From positions 1 through 48,257 of the forward strand of contig CAYFUP010000002.1 in the NCBI GenBank assembly GCA_964346235.1: a stretch of DNA of 48,257 nt, written 5' to 3'. Below the pieces are notes generated by a model, which was given only the letters and a program-made list of their open reading frames with translations, was not told the DNA's origin and made no database searches. The number at the start of each line of letters is the position of its first letter. The stretch's first letter is position 1. Shown piece by piece: positions 17,882 to 30,200 of this stretch. The position numbers were made by a program, and so were the translations under genes. This stretch comes from an uncultured Bacteroidales bacterium (lineage in GTDB: Bacteria > Bacteroidota > Bacteroidia > Bacteroidales > CAYFUP01).

Positions 17882-18217
17882 ATGAAAAAAAAATTTATAT
17901 TTGGTTTCCTGCTATCAGGACTCATCCTGGCGATTATTTCCAATAGTGCTTATTCCCGGGAGATTGAGATGGAAATTCAGGTAGATACAATTGATAATAA
18001 TGCTTTCGAAATGAATATAACTATCAGCAATGCCGAGCTGCCTGTTGACTGGTTTCTTTTTACAAAAGACGGTTTGAATGATAATAATCCGGTAAGTACA
18101 CACTTATCGATTCAGTCAAGGGAACAAAAATTTGTAGTCTATGAAAAAAAACAATATATTATCATGGTAAAAGACAGTCAAGACCGAATGTATTCCAAAT
18201 CAATTGATATTAAATAA
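17882..18217 (+). CDS. Small secreted protein, a single cysteine-free SprB-repeat-like module
   Basis: 111 aa with signal peptide MKKKFIFGFLLSGLILAIISNSAYS. The mature part follows the module pattern of the downstream giant protein (FEMNITISNAELPVDWFLF...KKQYIIMVKDSQDRMYSKSIDI). Its stop is 6 nt before the giant ORF ATG. Confidence 0.6.
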   Translation: MKKKFIFGFLLSGLILAIISNSAYSREIEMEIQVDTIDNNAFEMNITISNAELPVDWFLFTKDGLNDNNPVSTHLSIQSREQKFVVYEKKQYIIMVKDSQDRMYSKSIDIK

Positions 18218-18223
18218 TTTTGA

Positions 18224-21200
18224 ATGCCATCAAATTATAAGTCATATATACTGTTAATCATTGGGTTCTTCAGCTCACTGGCCCTGCATGCCATCGATGT
18301 ATCACTCGATACCACCAGTGTTACCTGTAACGGAAGCAATGACGGAATCGTTCATACGATGGTCACCAATGACAACAATCCTCCCTATGATTATTACCTG
18401 TATGATGTATTTCCAGGCGGCAATCCGGTAGATTCCATTAAGTCCACCCCTTCCAAAGACACTGCGTTTCATGACTTATCGGGGGACAAATACACGGTTT
18501 TGGTAAGTAATTCAAATGATGACATTGCGGCCAGGAGCATTCAGCTGAGGGAGCCTGACCCGTTATCCATTGACAGTTTGCCATGTATTCAGCGACTTAC
18601 GTGTTTTTATGGCAGTGATGCCAAACTTCAGGCAAATGTCTCAGGTGGTAATGGGGGCAACACTTATCGTTGGTACAAAGATACCCTGGGTTCCTACCAA
18701 CTCATCAACCAGGACAGTGCGGTACTGACCAATGTTCATCAATCCAATTATGTTGTGGCGGTTGAAGATAAGAATGGTTGCACGGATTCCAGCGAAGTAA
18801 TCAATTTCATCAGTTTTTTTCCGGATTATGCCGACAGCATTCCGGATGCACAAATCCAGCAGGATTCGGTGAATTCCACCGATGCCTGCCAGGGTCAGAA
18901 CAACGGGGAAATCCGAATCTATTTCAGCGGGGGAACCGGCAGTCTGGAATACGCCGTGGTGCGAGACGGAAGCGGAGATACCACCAACTGGGGATCCAGC
19001 AATACCATATCCGGTTTGCAACCGGGTACCTACCGGGTATATGTAAGGGATGCCTTTGGTTGTATTAAAAAAAAAGACGATGGGGATGTGGTTATTGGAG
19101 AAATACCGGCACCGGCTGTTGATGCGGGAAGTGATGAAGAAACCTGTGAAGATACCCAATTTGATTTATCGGGTTCAGCCACCGTACCCACTGCTTCCAA
19201 TTACAGTTCATTGAGCTGGAATGACGGGGGAACCGGTGGTTCCTTTGATGACAACACAAGCCTGACTCCCGTTTATACTCCGCCTGCTGATTTTTCCGGC
19301 AGCATCACGCTTACCTTGACCGCTACCGGCAATGCGAATTGCAATCCGGTCAGCGATAACATGGAATTGACCGTTACTGCGAGACCTGCTGCTGATGCAG
19401 GAAGTGACGAACAAACCTGCAAAAATACTGATTTCGATTTATCCAATGCTTCAACCGAACCCACTGCCTCGGATTATAGCAGTTTAAGCTGGGATGACGG
19501 GGGTGCCGGAGGAAGTTTTGATGACAACACCTTATTAACGCCCGTATATACCCCGCCAAACGGATTTACCGGGGACATCACCCTGACGCTTACCGCTGAT
19601 GGCAGCGGAAGTTGCAGTCAGGTAAACGACATCATGACACTCACCGTGGTAGAAAGTCCCATAGCCAATGCTGGCAGCAATGAAGAAACCTGTGAGGACA
19701 CCCCGTTTGATTTGTCTGCTTCAACGACTGTTCCTTCTGCTTCCAATTACAGTTCTTTGTCATGGGATGACGGGGGTGCCGGGGGATCCTTTGATGATGC
19801 GACAAGCTTAACTCCGGTATATACGCCACCCACTGGATTTACCGGAACCATCACCTTAACCCTTACTGCCAATGGCAATGCCAATTGCAGTCCGGATACG
19901 GATGACATGGATTTAACCGTGACAGCCAAACCTTCGGTTGATGCGGGAAGTGATGAACAAACCTGTCAGGATGCTTCCCTGAACCTGGCCGGGTCCAGTT
20001 CCATACCCACCGCTTCCAATTATAGTTCTTTAACATGGAGTGACGGAGGAGCGGGTGGTTCATTCGATGATGAAACATTATTAAGACCTGTTTATACACC
20101 TCCCAACGGGTTCACCGGCGATATTGCCTTAACATTGACTGCCGATGGCAACGGCTCGTGTGATCCGGTGAATGATGATATGACCCTCGCAGTACTGGAA
20201 GGTCCGGCTGCAAATGCAGGTTCCGATGAAGAAACCTGTCGCGACATTGCCGTTGATTTGGGCAATTCAGCCGTGGTGCCCACTGCTTCGAACTATAACA
20301 GTCTCAGCTGGGATGATGATGGAACCGGAGGAACATTTGATGACAATACCAATTTAACACCTGTTTATACGCCACCCAATGGTTTTTCCGGTACCATCAC
20401 CTTGATCTTAACTGCCAATGGCGGGGCAAATTGCGATCCGGCAAAAGATACCATGGAACTGACAGTGCATGCTTCTCCGATTGCCAATGCAGGGAGCAAT
20501 GAAGAAACATGTGAAGACCTCCCTTTTGATTTATCGGGTTCTACCTCCGTGCCCACAGCTTCTAATTACAGTTCATTGAGCTGGAGTGACGGAGGAGCCG
20601 GAGGTTCATTCGATGACAACACCGGTATTACTCCCGTTTATACTCCTCCTGCCGGGGTTTCCGGAAATATTACGCTGACATTAACAGCCTTTGGAAATGC
20701 CAGTTGCAATTCCACGAGTGATGATATGGAGCTGACGGTCACCGCACAACCTGCTGCAGACGCCGGCAGCAATGAGCAAACCTGCATCAACAGCGGTTTT
20801 GACCTGACCACCTCCGGAACCCTTCCCTCAGCATCCAATTATAGTTCACTAAGCTGGAGTGACGGTGGAGCGGGTGGTACATTTGATGATGAAACCACTT
20901 TAAGGCCGGTATATACCCCTCCCAATGGTTTTACCGGGAATATTACACTAACACTGACTGCCAGTGGAAATGGTTCCTGCAGTCCGGTGACAGATAACAT
21001 GACTTTAAACGTAGTACAGGGTCCGACTGCCAATGCCGGCAGCGATGAAGAAACCTGCCAGGATGTTGCCATGGACCTGTCCACTTCCTTTACCGTTCCA
21101 ACGGCTTCTAATTACAGTTCTTTGTATTGGAGCGACGGAGGGACAGGAGGTTCTTTTGATGACAGTACCCGTCTGACTCCGGTCTATACCCCACCTGCCG

Positions 21201-24200
21201 GCTTCTCTGGTACCCTTACATTAACATTGACCGTTAATGGGAATGCCAACTGCAGTCCGGCTACCGATGCGATGGACCTGGCTGTTACCGCCAAGCCTTC
21301 CGTTGATGCGGGTAGCGATGAACAGACCTGTCAGGGGGTGGCTTTTGATCTGTCCGGTTCAGGCACCGTTCCGACCGCATCCGATTATGGCTCTCTATCA
21401 TGGGATGACGGTGGAATCGGAGGTTCCTTTGATGACAATACCGCATTGACCCCTACCTATACCCCACCAGCTGCTTATACCGGAAATATTACATTGTCAT
21501 TGACTGCCAGCGGAAATGGTTCCTGTGCTGCAGTGAATGATGATATGACCCTGAATGTATTAGCGGGTCCGACTGCCAATGCCGGCAGTGACGAGCAAAC
21601 CTGTCAGGATATAAGCTTTGATTTATCTGCATCCTCTGTTGTGCCTTCGGCTTCCAATTACAGTTCTTTAGTCTGGACTGACGGAGGGGCAGGCGGTTCA
21701 TTCAGCGATGAGACAACCTTAACACCAGTCTATACCCCACCCATTGGGTTTTCCGGAAATATAACCCTTACCCTGACCGCCAATGGAAACGCCAATTGCG
21801 GTCCGGTTTCAGATGATATGATTTTATCTGTTGAAGCAGCTCCTTCAGCCAATGCCGGTAGCGATGAAGAAACCTGCCAGGATGCCTCCTTTGATTTATC
21901 AGGTTCCGCAACGGTACCGACCGCTTCAAATTACAGTTCATTAAGCTGGAGTGACGAAGGGGCAGGTGGCTCATTTGATGATAACAGCACCCTGACTCCG
22001 GTCTATACTCCTCCGGCAGGCTTTACCGGAACCCTTACACTCACACTGACAGCCAACGGCAATGCCAGTTGCAATCCGGTTACTGACGCGATGGAGCTTA
22101 CCGTTACACCTCAACCGCAAGCCGATGCCGGTAGCGATGAAGAAACCTGTAAAGACACTCCATTTGACATATCTGCATCAGCATCAGTTCCGACTGCATC
22201 AGAATATAGCTCTTTAAGCTGGAATGATGACGGAACCGGCGGGGCTTTCGATGACAACACCCTGTTAACGCCAACTTATACTCCTCCGGCAGGCTTTACC
22301 GGCAGCATTGAACTGATCCTCGTCGCCAATGGAAACGGTTCCTGTGCCCCGGTAAGCGATACCATGACCCTGACTGTTTTGGAAGAACCTGCAGCCAATG
22401 CCGGCAGCGATGAAGAAACCTGCCAGGCTGCTTCATTTGATCTTTCAGCTTCCGCTACCAATCCAACAGCATCAGACTACAGCGCTTTAACCTGGAGTGA
22501 TGATGGTGCCGGCGGTTCATTTACGGGGGGAACAACGCTGACCCCGGTTTACACTCCGCCTGCAGGTTTCAGCGGAACCATAAACCTTATTCTCACGGCC
22601 ACTGGCAATGCCAACTGCAGTCCGGCCCGTGATACCATGGATTTGACAGTAACCGCTCAACCCATTGCTGACGCCGGCAGTGATGAGCAAACCTGCCAAA
22701 ATAATGATTTTGATTTGGCAAATTCAGCAAGCGTTCCATCAGCATCCAATTATAGCAGCCTGAGTTGGAGTGATGATGGCGCCGGCGGTTCATTTGTCAA
22801 TGGATCAACACTTACACCGGTTTATACGCCACCTGTGGGTTTTACCGGTGAAATCGATCTCATCCTGACGGCCAATGGCAATGGATCTTGTGGTCCTGTG
22901 AATGACACCATGAATCTGACCATATTGGAAGGGCCTTCAGCCAATGCCGGCAGCGATGAAGAAACTTGTCAGGATGTATCCTTTGACCTGTCAGCATCCG
23001 CCACGGTTCCCGCGGCTTCGAATTATAGTGGCCTGATATGGGATGATGATGGCGCCGGTGGTTCCTTTAATGATAATACCAGTCTCACCCCAACCTACAC
23101 CCCACCTGTAGGTTTTACAGGAAATATTTCCCTGATCATTATGGCCAATGGCAATGCCAACTGCAGTCCTGCGACGGATACGATGTTGCTGACGGTCAAT
23201 GCGGCACCGACAGCAGATGCCGGAAGTAATGAAGCGACCTGTCAGAATGTGCCGTTTGACCTGTCAACCGGTGCCACTGTTCCCAGCGCTTCGAATTATA
23301 GCGCTTTATCATGGAATGATGGAGGTGAAGGAGGTTCTTTTGACGATAATACAGCAATACATCCTGTATATACACCACCGGTTGATTATACAGGCACCAT
23401 TATCCTGACCCTTACAGCAGATGGCAATGCCAATTGCAACCCGGTGAGTGATAACATGCAGCTGACGGTCAATGCATCCCCCATTTCCGAGGCAGGCAAT
23501 GACACCAGCATTTGTTACGGGGACAGTGTACAGATACTAACCGCCGACAGTGTCAATGCAAGTACCATCGGATGGACCAGCTCAGGGGACGGAACTTTTA
23601 ATGATTCATCATTGATAAACCCATACTATAATCCAGGCATCAACGATCTGAACAGCGGCAGTGTTAAATTATATTTGCATGTCAACGGAAGGGGAACATG
23701 TTCAGGGATTGAAGTCATCGACTCCATGAACCTTGCCATCCCTGCTCAGTTAAAGGCCTCCGTCGGAGCACCCAGTCCCTTCGCCAACAATATTTCTGCC
23801 AATACCCGGATTTCGGTATCCTTTAATGTGGAAGGACATCACTACATCCAGGATGTAAGCTATTACCTGGTTGCGCCGGATGGCACTAAAATTAAAATGA
23901 AAGAACAACCGGCCGATCCAAATTGCGGCATAGATCCGTTTTTTGGATTCAGACTTCCCTGTAACACCGCCAAGAATGCAGATATTACCTTCACTACGGA
24001 AGCCAATCCCAATGATACGCTCACTGTATGCGACTGCTCCGGAGGGTATAACGAAGATCTTTCCGGCACGTTTGCCATCACGGGGGACTGGACGCCGCTT
24101 TACGGGCAGGATCCCGCAAACGGTAGCTGGGGGATAGAAATAGTGGATAAACAAAACAATGCCCTTGGTCCTGTGGAAGAACTGACCGGTTCCATCATCT

Positions 24201-27200
24201 TCAGAGATACAACGGAAGCAGGGGATACGGTTTCACTGGTGTATGAAAGTTACGGACCAAGAGATATCAATGAAGCCGGCATCACGACTTATACCCTGAG
24301 CCGGGGACTCCGGGTAAGCTGCAACGGTGCCTGTGATGCCGAAGCCATCGTGCAGGCCAGCGGCGGAACGCCTCCTTATGATTTTACCTGGAGTGGCTCG
24401 GAAACCATCAATAATAACGGAGATACCTTATATTTGTGCGCCGGAAATTATACCCTCACCGTCACCGATGCTCTGGGTTGTACCGACATGATTCCGGTGG
24501 AAGTCACCGAACCTGAAGCCCTTATCTTTAAAGGCATCAGCTATACCGATTCCATCTGTGAGTTTTCAAGTGCAGGTGAGATAACGGTTGACAGCGCCGG
24601 CGGCGGAACCGGTAACGTGACCGTATCCATCAACGGGACTGATTTTTATCCGTTACCCCATACATTCAGTAACCTGGGCATTGGGGATCATAGGATTTCA
24701 TTATCGGATGACAATAAATGTATTGAAGACACCATCATCACCATTCACCGTATTGATTCCATGCGGTTCGACCTGGAGGTTACACCGCTTACCTGTGCGG
24801 AAGATTTGGGAAGCATCCTCATCAAAAATATCAGGGGAGGAACCCCTTCCTTGTTCAGCATAGACGATACCCTGCATTTTGAGCCGGACGATGGGTTTGG
24901 TGGTTATACCTTCCAGCAGTTCGGCAATGACAGTGCGCTGTTCTCGGGACTTCCCGGCGACAGCAACTATATTACTGCGATAAAATCAAGCATCGGATGT
25001 GTCACCTACGGGGATACCATTTCGCTCGTAAAACCGGACACCTTGGTATTTGATTCTTTATATTATGATGACAGCATCAAAGTTGAAAACGGCGATACGA
25101 TCAACTTACTCGTGGCCGGTGATAGTGCACAAATAGAAATCTTTGCCCATGGCGGGGCAGGGGAATTGTCCTATTTCCTTGCTGATACCGGGACAGCCAT
25201 CCACGATAGCCTGTTCACAGCGGATTCTGTATTCAACCTGCATGCAGGGGTTTACTACACGGCGGTGTCCGACTCCAATGGTTGTCAGAAACTGGGTGAC
25301 ACCCTCCTGGTGACCCAACCCGACTCCATCCTGATTGATACGGTCATCACTGAAAATATCCTTTGCCATGGCGATTCGTCCGGAGTAATTCAGATTAGTG
25401 CCAGTGGGGGTACCCTGCCTTTAAGGTATTGGTTGACGGCGGAAGACACAATTTACCGGGGACCGCAATCCGATACGGTTTTCACGGATTTGCCGGCTGA
25501 TACTTTCACAGTCGTGGCGGCTGATACCAATGGATTCACCAATGTCAACGAGACGGTGGTCATCATTTCGCAACCGGATGAGTTGCTCACGGATGATGCT
25601 TTGTTCAACATTACCTGTTTTGGGGCCGGCAATGGACGCATTGAAATAGAACCATCAGGGGGTGCAGCACCCTATGATTATTCCATTGACAGCGCCAATT
25701 CCTATTTTGCGCTGAATCAGACCGGCAGACTGGATACCACCGGTTTACTGCCTGGTACTTATCCGGTGGCGGTCAGGGATACCAATGGCTGTATCAGCTA
25801 TGGAAACAGATTTACCCTTGCTGAACCGGATTCCATTGCCATTGATTCGGTTTATCACAACATGACCAAATATCAGTCCGGCGATACCATTGCCTTTGCC
25901 TGTGCGGGTGAAACTACTGACATGACTATCTTTGCACGAGGTGGTTCCGGAACGTTGGAATACTTCCTCCAGGATACCTCAGTGGCTGTCCAGGATGGAT
26001 TGTTCGCTGAAGATTCTGTGTTTACCGTCGGGGCAGGGGTTTATTACCTGGTGGTCAGGGATTCCAGCAATTGTGAACGATACGGCGATACCATCCCGGT
26101 TGTTGAGCTTTCCGATTCCATCATGGTTCATGATATTTCTGTGAATACCATCCTTTGTCATGGCGACAGCTCGGGAATAATATCCGTTGACTCGGTCACC
26201 GGTGGATGGGGTGGTTATCAGTATTCCCTGGATGGAGTGGATTACCAGGATGATAGCTTGTTTACCGGTCTGCTTGCAGGAAAGCATTATGTGTATGTAA
26301 GGGACAGCATGGGTTGTCTGGCGGTGGACTCCGTGGAAATAAACCAACCCCCCGAACTTGAAATCGATACCATTATTAAAGAAGATATCCGCCTGGATAC
26401 CCTGGGCACCATCATCATAGGCGCAAGTGGCGGCATCAGGCCTTTTGAATATGCTTTGGACGGACCGACTGATTTTGATTTCGGTGCGGATTCTGCATAC
26501 ATCGACACCCTGCTTCCTGGCAAATATGATGTCTTTGTCCGCGATGCCAATGGCTGCCTGGATTCTGCCATCGTACTGATAGTGGGTGATTCCCTGAACG
26601 GGGAAGTCAACATATTGAGCCATGCATTGTGCAACGGAAGCAATGAAGGTTCCCTGGAGATCAACATATTCAATGGGACAGGAATTATTAACTACGCCAT
26701 AGAGGGCATCACCGGTGGGACTGAATACCTGCATGAGGGGACCACGGATGCCAGCTGGCAGCAGGATGGACTGATGGCTGACAGCTATGTGATCACGGTG
26801 GTGGATCAGGAAAACAAGTTATTTACAGATACCGTTGAAATTACCGAACCATCTGCCATTCGGTTCGACAGTGTTGTCACCACCCCGGCAAGCGGTGGAA
26901 ACGGTGGTTCCATCACCATATTTGCCGATGGAGGAACCAAACCATATCAATATTCCATTTATGGCGACACGACTGATAACTACCAGCAGGATTCGTCGAT
27001 GACCGGTTTAAAACCGGGCATCTATTCCGTATTCGTCATGGATACCAATGGCTGTAAGATCGATACATCCGTTACCATCATCAGTGATGACATCCTGGAC
27101 CATAGCATCATAGTAAAGCAGGTGACTTGCTTCGGGGATGAAGACGGGGAGATAGCCATTACACCGGTTAACAATCAGGGAGAAGTGGAATACCGGTTAA

Positions 27201-30200
27201 GCTTTGATTCCAGGAACATCATTTCCTACAGTGAAAATCAAATGGTATTTAACAACCTGGCCCCGAACACTTATGATTTGTTCATGGTCGATACTGCTTA
27301 TAAATATTTTGATACCACCCTAGTCATCAGTCAGCCTTCCGCTCCGGTAACCATCGATTCTGTTCAAAAACAGAATGTGGTAGCGGCCAATCCTGGCGCC
27401 ATCGAGATCTTTGCGCACGGTGGAAGAGGATCCCTGGAATACTCCGTATATGGTGATGTGGACACCGCATACCATTCCGGTTCTCAATTTAATGGGCTTT
27501 CCAGCGGACTGTATGAGGTGTTTGTCAGGGACAGCAATTTATGTTCGGATGATACCCTGGTAACCATCCTCAGCGAGGATACCCTGGATATCAACATAAC
27601 TGTAACTCCGGCACTATGCCATGGCTCAGGCACCGGTACAATTAACCTTGAACCGGTGGATAATGCGGGTGAAGTGACTTATATTTTCTCCGGAGCCATT
27701 CAGGATACCGTCGCCAGTGATACTACGGTGGCCATAACGAACCTTCTTGCCGGGGACTATGGACTGTTTGCCAGGGATACGGCGGGACAGACTTTTGATA
27801 CCTTGATCAGGGTACAGGAACCGGATCAGTTGAATATTGACAACCTGGTGACCGAAGATATGCGCGGCGATACCCTGGGGTCCATTTTTATTGGCGCTTC
27901 AGGGGGAACCAAACCATACCAGTATAAGATTTACAGCGATTCTGCCTATACCTCAGATTCTGCATATGTGGATACCCTGAGACCCGGAATTTATGAAGTA
28001 TTTGTCATGGATGCCAATGGATGCATGGATTCCGTCAAAACCTACATCAGCGGAAGCCGGCAGCTGGATGTAAAAGACACCATCATGAGTCATGTAGCTT
28101 GCCATGGCAGCAATGAGGGATCCATTTTAATGGAGGTGTTTAACGGAATGGGACCTATCGAGTATGCCATTGATGGAACAGATACCCGGTATGAATTTGA
28201 ATCCACCGACAGCACCTGGCAAAAAGATGATCTGTATGCGGATACCTATGTCGTCACCGTTCGGGATGACAGCAATCAGTCATTTATAGATACCCTTATA
28301 ATCACTGAACCGGCTGCCCTGAAGTTTGACAGCATTACAACCATAGCTGCCGATTCGGTCAACAACGGTTCCATGAACCTGTTTGCCGGAGGAGGGATAC
28401 CACCTTATGAATACGCCATCGGCAGGGATTCCCTGTTGCCGTTTGTGGATACTTCCGGGTTTGATAACCTGAAACCCGGCAGGTACAGCGTAATGCTGAG
28501 GGATTCAAACCTTTGCACGAAAGATACCCTGGTCGTCATCCGGGGAGAAGATACCATCCGCACCACCATCTCTGTCAAACATGTCACCTGTTATGCTGAT
28601 GAGGATGGGGCGATTACGGTGATTCCACTAAACAGCAGCGGTGAAGTGGAATACCAGTTGCAGTACGGAAACACCAACATCATTGCATTTGAATCGGATA
28701 CCCAAAGGTTCGAAGCATTGGGGCCTGATGAGTACTATCTGTCCATGGTGGATACGGCCAATAAGTTTTTCGACACCACGCTGACCGTTGGTCGTCCGGA
28801 TGACCCCGTAAGCATAGATTCAGTGGTTCAAAATCAGATAAGCATGGGCATCCTGGATACCATGATGGTGTATGCCCATGGCGGCAGGGGAGATCTGGAT
28901 TACCGGATTGAGAGCGATACATTATCCCGCTCACAAGAAGACTCTGTCTTTACGGGTCTGCCCATCAACATTTATAAAGTATTTGCGGCGGACAGCAATG
29001 GTTGTATGGATTCCGCCCTGGTAAAAGTCAAGACGGATTCTTTGCTGGACATGAACGTGGTTCGCTCGAATGTTACCTGTGCCGGTGGCATGAATGGTGC
29101 TTTCGAATTCACACCTCTGGATAATAACGGTCCTGTTACTTATCGCGTGGTGGCTCAGGTGTTGCCTTTTGATACCACGTATAGCTCAGCGCAACCTTTT
29201 GTACTGGATTCACTGATGGCGGACACTTATGTAATACTGGCATGGGACACCAGCATAGTTCCGAAGATGCTGGATACCACCCTTGTCATTTCTGAACCTG
29301 ATCCCATCAATTACAGCATAACCAAACAAAATGAGTCGAATATAAATCCGGGCAGCGTCACCATTCACGCTACCGGAGGATTGGGCGATCTGGAATATTC
29401 GCTGGACAGCGGAACCGTATTCCGGGATACCAATTATTTTGACGGATTAGCAGCAGGTACTTATCACATGGTCATACGCTCCTCCCTGGATACTTTGTGT
29501 TCTGTCAGGGACAGCATCAACATACTGCAACAACTGGATGTCAATGTGGCCACCCAGCCGGTTGCCTGCCACGAAGCAGGAAACGGTTCGGTAGCAATTA
29601 CCATCACTGACAGCGAAGCCTTGTTGCCCATCCGGTATGTGATCAACGGGGATACCACCGTTTCGAATGCCATGTCTCACAGCACGGATACCCTGGAAGG
29701 GGGAATCTATCAGATAAATATACTGGACAGCATCAACAGGCGGTTTGATACCTCGATAACGGTCATAGAACCCGACCCGGTCAATATTTCCAGCTTTGAA
29801 GTCAACGATGTATTATGTCATGGGGATACCACAGGCAGCGTTTCGGTGACTGCCATTTCCGGTGGTTGGTTTGTATATGAGTATTCCCTGAATGGCATGA
29901 ATTACCAGGATTCTTCGGCTTTCTACGGACTGCCGGCAGGGGAATATACTTTATTTGCCAGGGATTCTGCCGGATGTGTTGCAAATCCCAGGGATTTTGA
30001 AATTCAGGAACCCGCTGAAATTGAATTAAACATCACCACCAGGGATGCCATGGGTCCTGATTCATTAGGCGTTATCGACATCGCTTCCACCGGAGGCACC
30101 GGTTCTCATCAGACCAGGATACATGAAGATTCGGCTTTCACGGACAGTAATCTTTATGAAGGGCTGCAACCGGGATACTACGATGTGGGAGTGTTGGATG

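Noticed and set aside
19208-23408. Many 60-80-aa ORFs on both strands inside the 91-aa repeat array
   Set aside because: They recur with the 273-nt period, so they are by-products of the repeats. They lie in or antisense to an unbroken 14.9-kb ORF with clear domain content.
25979-26734. 251-aa minus-strand ORF inside the giant gene
   Set aside because: It is antisense to well-supported SprB-type modules. The sequence is low-complexity with no recognisable motifs. Chance open frames are expected here.
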